IMG/VR virus record: IMGVR_UViG_3300043661_000153
Span: 1 to 53,987 of that record
From: a virus
Lineage: Duplodnaviria; Caudoviricetes
Length of the DNA stretch: 53,987 bases
Strand: one strand, 5' to 3'
Below the pieces are notes generated by a model. The model searched no databases. It was not told where the DNA came from and was given only the letters and a program-made list of their open reading frames with translations. This document shows positions 8,346 to 19,078 of this stretch, one piece after another. How positions within the stretch are numbered: the stretch's first letter is position 1; the number at the start of each line of letters is the position of its first letter. Position numbers and translations under genes: made by a program.

Positions 8346-8633
8346 TCAGTTCTTGATCTGCCGCATGGCGTAGTCTGTGGCGAAGGCGGTACGTGCCTTG
8401 GCATCGACGTTCAGTCCTTCGCGGGCACACCAGGCCAGGAACTCGTCGGGATCGATTATCGCTCGGAAGACCCTGAGTCCACTGGCCTTGGCAGCGCGCT
8501 CGGTGCTCTCAGCCTTTTCGCGCCATGCTGCATAGGTCGGCGGCAGAACGTGAGCATCTGCCATGATCTGCAAAATGCGCGGATAGTCCTTCTCGTTGAA
8601 CCAGGAAATCCCGGCAGCGGCGATCTTGACCAC
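8346..8633 (-). CDS. Conserved-looking hypothetical protein, antisense moron
   Basis: GGAGGA RBS; globular sequence GISWFNEKDY..LPPTYAAW..IDPDEFLAWC. Confidence 0.7.
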   Translation of the reverse strand: MVKIAAAGISWFNEKDYPRILQIMADAHVLPPTYAAWREKAESTERAAKASGLRVFRAIIDPDEFLAWCAREGLNVDAKARTAFATDYAMRQIKN

Positions 8634-8764
8634 GACAAATCCTCCATCGGCGACGTTGACGGGCCGATGGTAACACGCGGGCCGGCCGGTAACAGGGTTG
8701 CTGCCCTCCCGGCCGGCCCGCGTCTCGTCGCGACGAGTTCTGTAGTTGAGTTTGGAGTTCTATC

Positions 8765-9052
8765 ATGTCGAGTGAATCAATCCCGTCTCACGGTCGCGGA
8801 GCAAACGAACAATCCGAACATCTGCCCGGATTTGGCAAAATCCGAACATTTGTTCGCAGCACAAAGCGCCACGCGGCGCGGCATTTCTGCAATTTCGGCA
8901 AAGCCGTCGCCGGCATCTGGCCTATCAAGCCCGCACTCAATCTCGCCCAGCGCTGCAACATCAGCGCGCGCGGCGCCGAGCTCATCATGGAAGGCAAGCG
9001 CAAGGTGCCGGCCAAGGTGCTTCACGTCGTCGACGGCGTCGAGCTCGAATAG
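8765..9052 (+). CDS. CII-position HTH regulator
   Basis: GGAG RBS; WPIKPALNLAQRCNISARGAELIMEGKR is HTH-like. Confidence 0.55.
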   Translation: MSSESIPSHGRGANEQSEHLPGFGKIRTFVRSTKRHAARHFCNFGKAVAGIWPIKPALNLAQRCNISARGAELIMEGKRKVPAKVLHVVDGVELE

Positions 9053-9076
9053 ACCTAATGCCAACCGGAGAGTCTC

Positions 9077-9354
9077 ATGACCCTCCGCGAGCGCCTCACT
9101 AATTCCCAGGTTGTGATCCTCCGCTCGATCTTCACGCGCAGCGGAGGCCGTCCGGTTACGCTTGCTGCCGACTGGCAGCGCGAGTTCGCGGCTCCGCTAT
9201 CGCGTCGCGGTCTCATCGAGATTTGGTATCGCCAGACCATGGGCGACGATCTCGCGCTCCGCGGCCCTTTCCTGACTTTGAGCATCGCGGGCGATCGGCT
9301 CGCTGCGGCTTTATTCCGTGCGCCTCGGCGGCTTTCAGGGGCAGAGCAATCGTC

Positions 9355-9358
<4 letters not shown>
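9077..9358 (+). CDS. Hypothetical protein
   Basis: GGAGAG RBS, ATGA coupling. Confidence 0.6.
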
Positions 9359-10272
<914 letters not shown>

Positions 10273-10411
10273 TCAATGAAGGTGACCGCCTAACCGCTCG
10301 CGTCCATCGCGCATAGACCAAACAGTAAGTTCAAGCTTTCTCCTAGCGTCAGTAAGCGTTCGTAGCGTTCAAGCGTCCGGTTGTAACCCCGAACGAACGA
10401 CTGACGATTCC

Positions 10412-10540
10412 ATGTCGCTCATCATCGAAGCCATCAGCTCCGGCGCCGCCGATCTCTACATCCGCGCCGCTGCCCTCGCCATCGGCCCCGTGCTTGGTGC
10501 TGCCGTCTATGCGGTTGCGATGATTGGAGTGCCGCGATGA
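10412..10540 (+). CDS. 42-aa membrane peptide
   Basis: MSLIIEAISSGAADLYIRAAALAIGPVLGAAVYAVAMIGVPR; ATGA overlap with the next gene. Confidence 0.45.
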   Translation: MSLIIEAISSGAADLYIRAAALAIGPVLGAAVYAVAMIGVPR

Positions 10541-10887
10541 GTGCACTCGCCCATAAGCCGCGCGAGGATTACGAGCTCACCGACGTCGAGCGGATCGCAA
10601 CCGGCTTGATCGCATGCGTCGAGGGCCTGCGCGACAAACAAATCTCGCCGAAGGCCGCGCGCGTCAGCGCCGAAATGTTCTTGGCACAATTGGACACGGC
10701 ACCAATTCCGGTCACCGTGCTCTATGTGCCGACGCATTTGCTCGCCGATGTTTGCAAGCGATGGGCCGCCATCGGCTGCGATGTGCCGGAAGATTTTCTG
10801 ATCCTGCAGAAGTGGAAAAAGATCGCGCTCGATACCGTCGACCTCGTCCAAACAACGATGGCGCGTGAAGCAGGGAGGATGCCTTGA
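10537..10887 (+). CDS. Hypothetical protein
   Basis: GGAG RBS, coupled ORF. Confidence 0.65.
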   Translation: MSALAHKPREDYELTDVERIATGLIACVEGLRDKQISPKAARVSAEMFLAQLDTAPIPVTVLYVPTHLLADVCKRWAAIGCDVPEDFLILQKWKKIALDTVDLVQTTMAREAGRMP

Positions 10888-12245
10888 GCATTCAACCCGG
10901 CGGCATCTTACAGCCCGGCGCGCCGCTCTATGAGGCGCTGAAAGCCGCCTTCGCTGCCATGGCGCCAGGCGAGCCGCCTGCCGTGCCGCCCTGTCATCCG
11001 TTCGCCAACATCTTCCCGATGCTCGCGGCAGATGACAGGCGCGTGAGCTTTCGCGCCTCGCTTGCCGAAAAGCAGAATCATCCGGTTATTCTGCACAAGG
11101 GAATGCTGCTCGACGGCCGCAACCGCGCCCGCGAGCTCATCGAGTTTAACCTGCCGATCAGCTTCGCCGTCTTTGATGGAGGCGACAGGCAAGCCCTCGA
11201 TTTTGCCTGCGCAGAAAACTACGAACGGCGCGATCTCACCGACAAGCAGCGCGCGATGTGCGCCGCGCGGATCGCAACGCTCCGTGTCGGCGACAATCAA
11301 CACACGCGCAAGCCTACGCCAATTGGCGCACCCACGTTCGACCTCGGCGAAGGCGCACAGCCAGAGCCCGAGGCGGCTCCGATGCGTTCCATCGGCGAAG
11401 CGTCGGCGATGATGCACGCGCCGCGGCGCAGCGTCGATCGCGCCGCCGTCATCGAGGCAAAGGGAGCGCCCGAGCTAAAGGCTGCCGTCGAGACTGGGCC
11501 TATATCGCTCGCAGCAGGCGCCGAAATAGCGACGCTCCCCGTCGAGCAGCAGCAAAAAGTGCTGGCGATGAGCGAGAAAGAAATTCTCGCTGAGGCTGCA
11601 CGCATTCGCAAACTAAAAAACGACAAGCGCCGCGGCGAGCGCGTCGAAAAGCTCAAGCAAATCTCTGCGGGCAATTCGGCGCTGCCGACCGAGCGCAAGT
11701 TCCCGGTCCTTTACATGGACCCTCCGACAAAGTTCGCCGCCGGCGACAGCGACCGCTCGACAGAAAACCACTACCCGACCATGACCGAGGAAGAGCTGGC
11801 GAAGCTGCCGATCGGCGAGCTGGCAACCGATGACGCGGTCCTCTTCATCTGGACGACGGTTCCCTGGCTGCGCAAGACGATGGCGCTGATCGAAGCTTAT
11901 GGCTTCGAGTATGTGTCGGAATTGGCTTGGGACAAGGCAACTCTCGGTCTCGGCTTCTGGAATCGCAATTGCCATGAGTGCGTGCTCATCGCCACGCGCG
12001 GCAAGATGCCGGCGCCGGATCCTTCCGTGCTGCGACCATCGCTCTATCGCGAGGCAAAGGGCAAGCATTCCGCCAAGCCAAAATACTTCCGCGATCTGAT
12101 CACTGCTTACTATCCCGATCTTCCCAAGGTCGAACTGTTTGCTCGCGGTGAGCTTCCTGAGAATTGGTCTGCGTGGGGCAATCAAGCCAACGTCCCCGAA
12201 CAACAACAGCTCGGCATCGAGCCTGCGGAAGAGGCTGCGGCATGA
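10884..12245 (+). CDS. ParB-like N-domain + HTH + MT-A70 family adenine methyltransferase fusion
   Basis: HPFANIFP..PVIL..LLDGRNR..ENYERRDLT (ParB); YMDPP, HYPTM, AVLFIW, GLGFWNRNCHE, HSAKP, ELFAR, WGNQ (MT-A70). Confidence 0.9.
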   Translation: MSIQPGGILQPGAPLYEALKAAFAAMAPGEPPAVPPCHPFANIFPMLAADDRRVSFRASLAEKQNHPVILHKGMLLDGRNRARELIEFNLPISFAVFDGGDRQALDFACAENYERRDLTDKQRAMCAARIATLRVGDNQHTRKPTPIGAPTFDLGEGAQPEPEAAPMRSIGEASAMMHAPRRSVDRAAVIEAKGAPELKAAVETGPISLAAGAEIATLPVEQQQKVLAMSEKEILAEAARIRKLKNDKRRGERVEKLKQISAGNSALPTERKFPVLYMDPPTKFAAGDSDRSTENHYPTMTEEELAKLPIGELATDDAVLFIWTTVPWLRKTMALIEAYGFEYVSELAWDKATLGLGFWNRNCHECVLIATRGKMPAPDPSVLRPSLYREAKGKHSAKPKYFRDLITAYYPDLPKVELFARGELPENWSAWGNQANVPEQQQLGIEPAEEAAA

Positions 12246-12595
12246 GTACGCTCAACGAACTCGCCCGCGACTGCCATGCCGACAACGAACATTGGTGGCG
12301 CAATCCCGCGACGGGCGAACGCCTCAACCGCAACAAGGGCGAGATGATCTGCCTCATGCACTCCGAGCTTTCCGAGGCGATGGAGGGCGAGCGCAAGGAT
12401 TTGATGGACGATCACTTGCCGCATCGGCGGATGGCAGAGGTCGAGCTTGCGGATGTCCTCATTCGCATCTTCGATTACTGCGGCGCTTTTGGTTACGACC
12501 TTGATGGCGCCGTTGCTGAGAAACGCGCCTACAACAAACAGCGCGCCGATCACAAGGCGGAAGCACGTCTCGCCGCCAACGGGAAGCGGTTCTGA
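12242..12595 (+). CDS. MazG-like nucleotide pyrophosphohydrolase
   Basis: LMHSELSEAMEG..EVELADVLIRIFD..AVAEKRAYN (ExxE..ExxD). Confidence 0.8.
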   Translation: MSTLNELARDCHADNEHWWRNPATGERLNRNKGEMICLMHSELSEAMEGERKDLMDDHLPHRRMAEVELADVLIRIFDYCGAFGYDLDGAVAEKRAYNKQRADHKAEARLAANGKRF

Positions 12596-12596
12596 G

Positions 12597-13181
12597 ATGA
12601 AGCAATCCCGCGTCATGTCGCTTGTGGAATCGCTGGCCAATATCGCGGTCGGCTTTGGCCTTTCGATACTGTGCCAGGCGCTCGTGCTGCCTGCGCTGGG
12701 CGTGGCCATTCCCTGGACCGCCAATCTTCTATTCGCGGTCTTCATGACCGCCGTATCGATCGCGCGCCAGTTCGTTATGCGGCGACTTTTTGAGGCGCTG
12801 CACATTCGCCGGCCGCTGTCGCCCTTCATGCAAGCCGTTATTGCCGAACGCTTCCGGCAGATTGAGGTTGAGGGCTGGGATGCCGCGCACGATGACCGCG
12901 AGCATTTGCCGGGTGAGATCGCGATGGCCGGCGGCTGTTACGCAATCAGCCACACAGGGTTGAGCGGCGAGAAATGTTCACAGCCTCACATGTGGCCATG
13001 GTCCGCAGGATGGTGGAAGCCGCAAAATTTTCGTCGCGACCTTGTGCGCGCTGCCGCGCTGATCGTGGCTGAAGGCGAAAAGTTTGACCGCCGAAAGCCG
13101 CTGCGAGCCGCTTCGCCTGAAGGCGCCAAGGAGCGCCTGTTGCCCGCGACCGGGACCAAATTCGAAAAGTTCGGCACATGA
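12597..13181 (+). CDS. Two-domain phage protein (hydrophobic N-domain + AERxRQ..HDD..WPW domain)
   Basis: MKQSRVMSLVESLANIAVGF two-helix domain fused to AERFRQIEVEGWDAAHDD..WPW..RRDLVRAAALIVAE. Confidence 0.7.
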   Translation: MKQSRVMSLVESLANIAVGFGLSILCQALVLPALGVAIPWTANLLFAVFMTAVSIARQFVMRRLFEALHIRRPLSPFMQAVIAERFRQIEVEGWDAAHDDREHLPGEIAMAGGCYAISHTGLSGEKCSQPHMWPWSAGWWKPQNFRRDLVRAAALIVAEGEKFDRRKPLRAASPEGAKERLLPATGTKFEKFGT

Positions 13182-13366
13182 CCAAGCACGCACCAACAAC
13201 AAACGCCTTCACCCCCGGCGACAGCTACGTCCGCGAGGACAACGTCGTCATGGTCGAAGTCAGGCCCGGCGTCTACGTCAATGCAAAAACCGCGTGGGAT
13301 CGTCACGGCATCATGCCGAAGAAAGCAAAGAGGGGAGAGCATCATGGCTCAACGCAAGGCACGTAA
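13178..13366 (+). CDS. Hypothetical protein
   Basis: ATGA-coupled ORF. Confidence 0.5.
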   Translation: MTKHAPTTNAFTPGDSYVREDNVVMVEVRPGVYVNAKTAWDRHGIMPKKAKRGEHHGSTQGT

Positions 13367-13584
13367 GCCGCAGCGCTCGCTTGTCAGCTTCGTTACACGC
13401 GCGGTAAGCGACAGGTGCGTCTCACTTTGGGGGTGGCGGCGGCACGCGAGAATTCCCCGCGCGCTCGCCCTCACTGCAATGCGCGCCATCAAGCGCGGAC
13501 GAGCCAAGGGCCTTCGTTAAAGGGCCTCACGATAGGCCAACGCGAGCTGAGAGACCGTCTAGTCAACGTTCCGCTGGGGTTGAA

Positions 13585-15681
13585 GTGAAAAGACCGCGCA
13601 AAATTCTTGTGGCCGACCTTCTTTGCGGCGCCGGCGGATCGTCGACCGGCTGCGCGCGCGCCTTGCGCGATCTCGGCCTCGAGATGGAACTGGTCTGTGT
13701 GAATCATTGGCCGGTCGCGATCGATACCCACACCCGCAACCATCCGGAAGCGCGGCATTACGTCCAGGACATCGCGACCGTGCGGCCGCACTTGATCGTG
13801 CCGGAAGGTTATCTCGATCTCTTGATGGCAAGTCCGACGTGCACGCATCACTCGGTTGCGCGCGGCGGCAAACCGACGTCGGATCAGCAACGCTCTGATC
13901 CCTGGCACATCATCACATGGCTCACCGAGCTGCGGGTCAAGCGCATCATCATCGAGAACGTGTGGGAGTTCTGCGGCTGGGGTCCGGTCGATCCGCGTAC
14001 TGGCAAACCGATCAAGGCTCGCAAGGGCGAATATTTCCGCGCCTGGATCGATACGTTGCGCCGGCTCGGCTTCGATCCGGAATGGCGCAAGCTAAACGCC
14101 GCCGACTTCGGCGATGCCACGACGCGCCAGCGCTTCATCCTGATGGCCCGCAGCGACCGGAGGACGGTCGCGTGGCCAGTCCCGACACACCGCAAGCGCG
14201 ACGCATGCAAGCTTGAATTCTTCCCCGGCGTGAAGCCCTGGCGGCCGGCGCGCGACATCATCGACTGGGAGATCAAGGGCAAGTCCATCTTCGGCCGCAA
14301 AAAGCCGCTGGCGCCGAAAACGCTGGCCCGGATTTATGCCGGCGCGGTCAAATTCAAATGGCCGGAGCCGTTCCTTGTCGTGCTGCGCAACCATATCGCC
14401 GTCGCCGCCGGCTTGATGCCAAAGCCTGCGGTGCCATGGATTGAGGAATTAGAGGTTGCCGGCCTTGTGCAGCCGTGCACTCCGGAATGGGAGGCGACGA
14501 AGCCTCCTCATCCGATCATCGTCAAACAGAATTTCCGCCGCGATACCCAGAGCGTTGACGATCCGGCGCCGACGATCATGACTGAAGCACGGATCGGCTT
14601 GGCGCAGCCGATCATCCTCGCCAATCGGAACAACAACGCTGCCAAGGGTACGGCGATCGATCCGACGCCGTGCCTGACGACGGCGCATGGCGGCGGCATC
14701 GCGATCGCGGAGCCCGTCATCGTCAATATGAAGGGCCAATCAACGGCAACGAGCGTCGATAGCCCGGTGCCCACGCAAACGTCGCACGCTGCGCATCTCT
14801 ATGTCGCTGAGGCCTTCGTCATGGCGACTGGAGCGGGCGCACCACGCGCCGCCGGTGAGCCGCTGCCGACCATCACCACAGGAGGCGCCGGCTCCGAAGA
14901 GCGCGAAGGCTGCGCGCGGCCGATGCTGGTCGAGCCGTTCATCCTCAATCGCCATGGTGAAGGGTACGGTGACACGCGCGCTCACTCGGTCGAAGACCCG
15001 GCACCGACGGCCAACTGCCGCGGCGCGGGATATCTCCTTGAGCCCTTCGTTCTCTCCCGCGAAGGCGGCGGCGCGCCGCGCTCCGTCGAAGACCCGACGC
15101 CTACACAAGTCGCCAAGCACAGCCATTGCCTGATCTCGCCCTACTACGGGTCGGGATCAGGGGAGACATGCCAGAGCGTCGTAAATCCATTGCCGACGGT
15201 CACGGCAAAAGCGCGGTTCGGCATCGTCGTCCCGATCACACATTCCGCCGACAACAGCAACCGCGCGCGCGACGTCGAGACTGATCCGATCCCGACATTG
15301 ACGACGGCGCATCGTGGCGAGCTTGCGTTCATCACGGCGCAGCATGGCGAGCGGCCAGGGCAATCTCCGCGCGTTCACGACATCGAACAGCCGGCGCCGA
15401 CGATCTGCGCCGAAGGCCATATCGATCTCGTTATTCCGACCGAACAATACGACATTCTGTTCCGCATGCTCGAGCCGCACGAACTCGCGGCCGCCATGGG
15501 CTTCAACAGCGACGAGGTAACCTACGTTTTCGCCGGCACGAAAACCGAGAAGATCAAACAAATCGGCAACGCGGTCTCGGTCGCGAAGATGAAAGCCTGC
15601 GTCGGCGCGATCATGGCCGATGCCGAGATGCCAGCGCATCAGCCTCCAGAATCCAGTCGCGCGGAAGAGGCGGCAGCATGA
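13585..15681 (+). CDS. DNA cytosine-5 methyltransferase with an expanded repetitive variable region
   Basis: DLLCGAGG (I), ASPTC (IV), ENV (VI), TTRQR (VIII), RMLEPHELAAAMGF (IX), QIGNAV (X). Confidence 0.92.
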   Translation: MKRPRKILVADLLCGAGGSSTGCARALRDLGLEMELVCVNHWPVAIDTHTRNHPEARHYVQDIATVRPHLIVPEGYLDLLMASPTCTHHSVARGGKPTSDQQRSDPWHIITWLTELRVKRIIIENVWEFCGWGPVDPRTGKPIKARKGEYFRAWIDTLRRLGFDPEWRKLNAADFGDATTRQRFILMARSDRRTVAWPVPTHRKRDACKLEFFPGVKPWRPARDIIDWEIKGKSIFGRKKPLAPKTLARIYAGAVKFKWPEPFLVVLRNHIAVAAGLMPKPAVPWIEELEVAGLVQPCTPEWEATKPPHPIIVKQNFRRDTQSVDDPAPTIMTEARIGLAQPIILANRNNNAAKGTAIDPTPCLTTAHGGGIAIAEPVIVNMKGQSTATSVDSPVPTQTSHAAHLYVAEAFVMATGAGAPRAAGEPLPTITTGGAGSEEREGCARPMLVEPFILNRHGEGYGDTRAHSVEDPAPTANCRGAGYLLEPFVLSREGGGAPRSVEDPTPTQVAKHSHCLISPYYGSGSGETCQSVVNPLPTVTAKARFGIVVPITHSADNSNRARDVETDPIPTLTTAHRGELAFITAQHGERPGQSPRVHDIEQPAPTICAEGHIDLVIPTEQYDILFRMLEPHELAAAMGFNSDEVTYVFAGTKTEKIKQIGNAVSVAKMKACVGAIMADAEMPAHQPPESSRAEEAAA

Positions 15682-18668
15682 ACGCCCGCGCCGCCATAGC
15701 CCACGATCCCGATCCGATCCTCGCCGAGACGCTCGCGGCCTTCAAAGTGCGGGAAGTGTTCCCGAGCGGGCATGAGATCAGCCGCGAGAGCGACTGCGAT
15801 GAGCGCGGGCGCACTCTTGTTGTTGCCAGGTGCGAATGCGGAGCGGTCTTCAGACTTTTGTTGTCGCGTGAGGCTGAGCTTGATGCGCAGGTCGAGGCGC
15901 ATTGGCAGAGATTTGATAGCGTCGATGATCGCGGGCAGCCGGTGAGTGGGGGTGACTGCGCTGAATCAGGCGGCGCGCCGATCAAGCATGAACCATCCCT
16001 TCCTGAATCCCAAAACGCTGTGCCCCCCAGTGCAGCGCCAGAGCCCGCATGCGCGTCATCCGTTCATCCCCTCGGATTGCATGCGGGCTCGCTCATTTCC
16101 GACGATGACGATCTGCAGATCGAGTGGCCGTCCTACGAGGGCTTCCTCGAAGACAAGATCGTCACCGCGCCGCTCCGTGGCATCGAGGTCCCACGCGACA
16201 CGCTGCACCCCTGGCTCAAGCCGCACTGCAGGGATCTGGTGGTATGGGCGCTCCGGCTCGGCTGCGCTGCGATCTTCGCCAATTTCGGCCTTCATAAGAC
16301 GGCGATGCAATTGGAGTGGTGCCGGCAGCTTCACAAGCGGACCGGGCAGCCGACGCTCAGCGTGCTGCCGCTCGGCGTGCGCCACGGCTTCATCAAGGAA
16401 GCCCTGCAACTCGACATGGACGTGCGCTTTGTTCGGTCGACCGCAGACTTTCAGGCGCTCGCCGGCGAGGGCTTCCTTCACTTTCTCACCAACTATGAAT
16501 CCGTCCGCGACGGCAAGCTCGACCCTAATCTGTTCGGCGCCGTCTCGCTCGACGAGGCGAGCGTGCTTCGCAGCTACGGCTCGAAGACGTTTCAGGAATT
16601 CTTGCCGCTGTTCTCAAAGGTGCCATTCAAGCTGGTCGCGACCGCGACACCGTCGCCGAACCGCTACAAGGAGATGATCCACTATTCCGGCTTCCTTGGC
16701 GTCATGGATACCGGCCAAGCGCTGACGCGTTTCTTTCAGCGTGATTCAGAAAAGGCCGGCAACCTCACGCTTTACCCGCACAAGACTGAAGAATTCTGGA
16801 TGTGGGTGCATTCGTGGGCGGCGTTTTTGCAAAAACCGTCTGACTTGGGTTACAGCGATCTTGGATATGAGCTGCCTCCGCTCAAGGTCAAATGGCACGA
16901 GGTGCCGGCGGATCACTCCAAGGCCACGCCCGATCGCGACGGCCAGGGCGCGCTCTTCCGCAACGCGGCCGCGGGTCTCTCACAAGCCGCCTCGTCAAAG
17001 CGCGACAGCCTGCCGGCGCGCATTGTGTGCATGCAGGGCATCATCGAGCATGACCCCGAGCCGCACCGGATCATCTGGCACGACCTCGAAGCCGAGCGCG
17101 AGGCGATCGAGCAAGCCATTCCCGGCGTCGTCACCGTCACCGGGTCGCTTGATCTTGATGAGCGTGAAAAACGCCTCAACGAATTCGAGGAAGGCCGGAT
17201 CAAATATTTCGGCACCAAGCCGATCCTGTCTGGCTCCGGATCGAACTTTCAATATCACTGCCACAAGGCGATCTTCCTCGGCGTCGGCTACAAGTTCAAC
17301 GACTTTATCCAGGCCTGCTACCGCATTCAGCGCTTCGGCCAGGCCCACGAGGTCGAGCTCGACATCATCTATTCCGAAGACGAGCGCGACATCCGCGCCG
17401 CGCTGGAAAAGAAATGGGCGCAGGACAGCGAGATGCGCGCCCGCATGTCGGAGATCATCCGCAAGTATGGTCTCGACACGCTGCCGATGCGCGACGTGCT
17501 GGCCCGAACGATCGGCATCAAACGCGTCGAGGTGAGGGGCGACAAGTTCATCGCGATCAACAACGATGCTGTGGCCGAGTGCAGGACTTGGCCCGACAAT
17601 TCCGTCGATGAGATCGTGACGTCGATCCCGTTCTCCAATCACTACGAATATTCCGCAAGCTACAACGACTTTGGCCATACCGACGACAACGCCCACTTTT
17701 GGGGCCAGATGGATTTCCTGACGGCCGAGCTTTTTCGCATGCTCAAGCCCGGCCGGCTCGCCTGCATCCACGTCAAGGACCGGATCCTGTTCGGCGCGGT
17801 GACCGGCGAAGGCGTGCCGACGATCTCGCCATTCCACGCCGAAGCGATCATGCACTACCGCGCCCACGGATTCCAGTTCATGGGCATGATCACCATCAAC
17901 ACCGATGTGGTGCGGGAGAACAATCAAACCTATCGTCTCGGCTGGTCGGAGTGCTGCAAGGACGGCACCAAGATGGGCGTGGGCTCGCCCGAATACGTCT
18001 TGCTGATGCGCCGGCCGCAGTCCGACCGCTCGCGCGGCTACGCCGACGTGCCGGTTACAAAGGACAAGGAAACCTATACCCGCGCCCGCTGGCAGCTCGA
18101 CGCCCATGCGTTCTGGCCATCAAGCGGCAACCGGCTGCTCACGCCGGAAGAGTTCGCCGGCCTTGGTCCTAGCGAGCTGGCGCGCGTGTTCGGCAAAACA
18201 TCGGCAGAGCGCGTCTATGACTACGAGGCACACGTCACCATCGGCGAGAGTCTCGAGCGCAAGGGCTCGCTGCCGGCGACCTTCATGTGCTTCGCGCCAG
18301 GCGCGACCGATCCGAACACCTGGCACGATGTCAACCGCATGCGCACGCTCAACGGCGCACAGCATGCCGCGAACCGCGAGCTGCACATCTGCCCGCTGCA
18401 GTTCGATATCGTCGATCGGCTGATCGAACGCTATTCCAATCCGGGCGATCTGATCTTCGATCCGTTCGGCGGTCTCATGACCGTGCCCTACCGCGCAATC
18501 CTGAAAGGACGCCGCGGCGCCGCGACCGAGCTTGCGGCGCCGTATTTCCTCGACGGCGTGCGCTACCTGCAGATGGCCGAAGAGCAGGTCTCAACGCCGC
18601 AGCTATTCGACCTCGCAGCATTCGACGCTGCCAATACCCCCCCCCTCGGCGGACGTGATGGAGGTTGA
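15678..18668 (+). CDS. SNF2-like helicase fused to an N4/N6 DNA methyltransferase
   Basis: GLHKT, LDEAS, TATPSPN, QACYRIQRFGQ; then TSIPF, HICPLQ, DPFGG (beta-class amino-MTase). Confidence 0.88.
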   Translation: MNARAAIAHDPDPILAETLAAFKVREVFPSGHEISRESDCDERGRTLVVARCECGAVFRLLLSREAELDAQVEAHWQRFDSVDDRGQPVSGGDCAESGGAPIKHEPSLPESQNAVPPSAAPEPACASSVHPLGLHAGSLISDDDDLQIEWPSYEGFLEDKIVTAPLRGIEVPRDTLHPWLKPHCRDLVVWALRLGCAAIFANFGLHKTAMQLEWCRQLHKRTGQPTLSVLPLGVRHGFIKEALQLDMDVRFVRSTADFQALAGEGFLHFLTNYESVRDGKLDPNLFGAVSLDEASVLRSYGSKTFQEFLPLFSKVPFKLVATATPSPNRYKEMIHYSGFLGVMDTGQALTRFFQRDSEKAGNLTLYPHKTEEFWMWVHSWAAFLQKPSDLGYSDLGYELPPLKVKWHEVPADHSKATPDRDGQGALFRNAAAGLSQAASSKRDSLPARIVCMQGIIEHDPEPHRIIWHDLEAEREAIEQAIPGVVTVTGSLDLDEREKRLNEFEEGRIKYFGTKPILSGSGSNFQYHCHKAIFLGVGYKFNDFIQACYRIQRFGQAHEVELDIIYSEDERDIRAALEKKWAQDSEMRARMSEIIRKYGLDTLPMRDVLARTIGIKRVEVRGDKFIAINNDAVAECRTWPDNSVDEIVTSIPFSNHYEYSASYNDFGHTDDNAHFWGQMDFLTAELFRMLKPGRLACIHVKDRILFGAVTGEGVPTISPFHAEAIMHYRAHGFQFMGMITINTDVVRENNQTYRLGWSECCKDGTKMGVGSPEYVLLMRRPQSDRSRGYADVPVTKDKETYTRARWQLDAHAFWPSSGNRLLTPEEFAGLGPSELARVFGKTSAERVYDYEAHVTIGESLERKGSLPATFMCFAPGATDPNTWHDVNRMRTLNGAQHAANRELHICPLQFDIVDRLIERYSNPGDLIFDPFGGLMTVPYRAILKGRRGAATELAAPYFLDGVRYLQMAEEQVSTPQLFDLAAFDAANTPPLGGRDGG

Positions 18669-18860
18669 GTGATGGAGGGCTTTTTCTTCTTCATCGTGTG
18701 GCTGCCGTCGCTCGTGACCGTGCTCGGCACAACAGGCACGCTGGCGTTTTGGGCAACTGGCGGCGCGGTCGATCAACAATGGGTCCAAACACTCGCCGTC
18801 GGCTGGGCTGTTCTCACGCCGGCTAATATCGGGCTGTGGGCAATCGGGCTTTATGAATGA
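18669..18860 (+). CDS. Small two-TM membrane protein
   Basis: GGAGG RBS; hydrophobic. Confidence 0.55.
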   Translation: MMEGFFFFIVWLPSLVTVLGTTGTLAFWATGGAVDQQWVQTLAVGWAVLTPANIGLWAIGLYE

Positions 18861-19078
18861 GAGCCCTTCGCCATCCGTCACCAGAATTTCCAGTAGGCGT
18901 CACACCGGCGCAAGCAATCGCGTTCGCGTTGTCAATCTGCGGGATCAAGGTCAGTGAAAGCGCCGGCACTGTTCGCTTCGTGCTCTACGCGCTCGCTCGC
19001 TGCGGTTTCAAGATCGAGCTGATCAACAACGTCATCCCTTTCAAAGGAGAAGATCATGGGGCTCGCAGTCGTGGCTAA
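18857..19078 (+). CDS. Hypothetical protein
   Basis: Coupled ORF with NNVIPF phage motif. Confidence 0.55.
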   Translation: MRALRHPSPEFPVGVTPAQAIAFALSICGIKVSESAGTVRFVLYALARCGFKIELINNVIPFKGEDHGARSRG

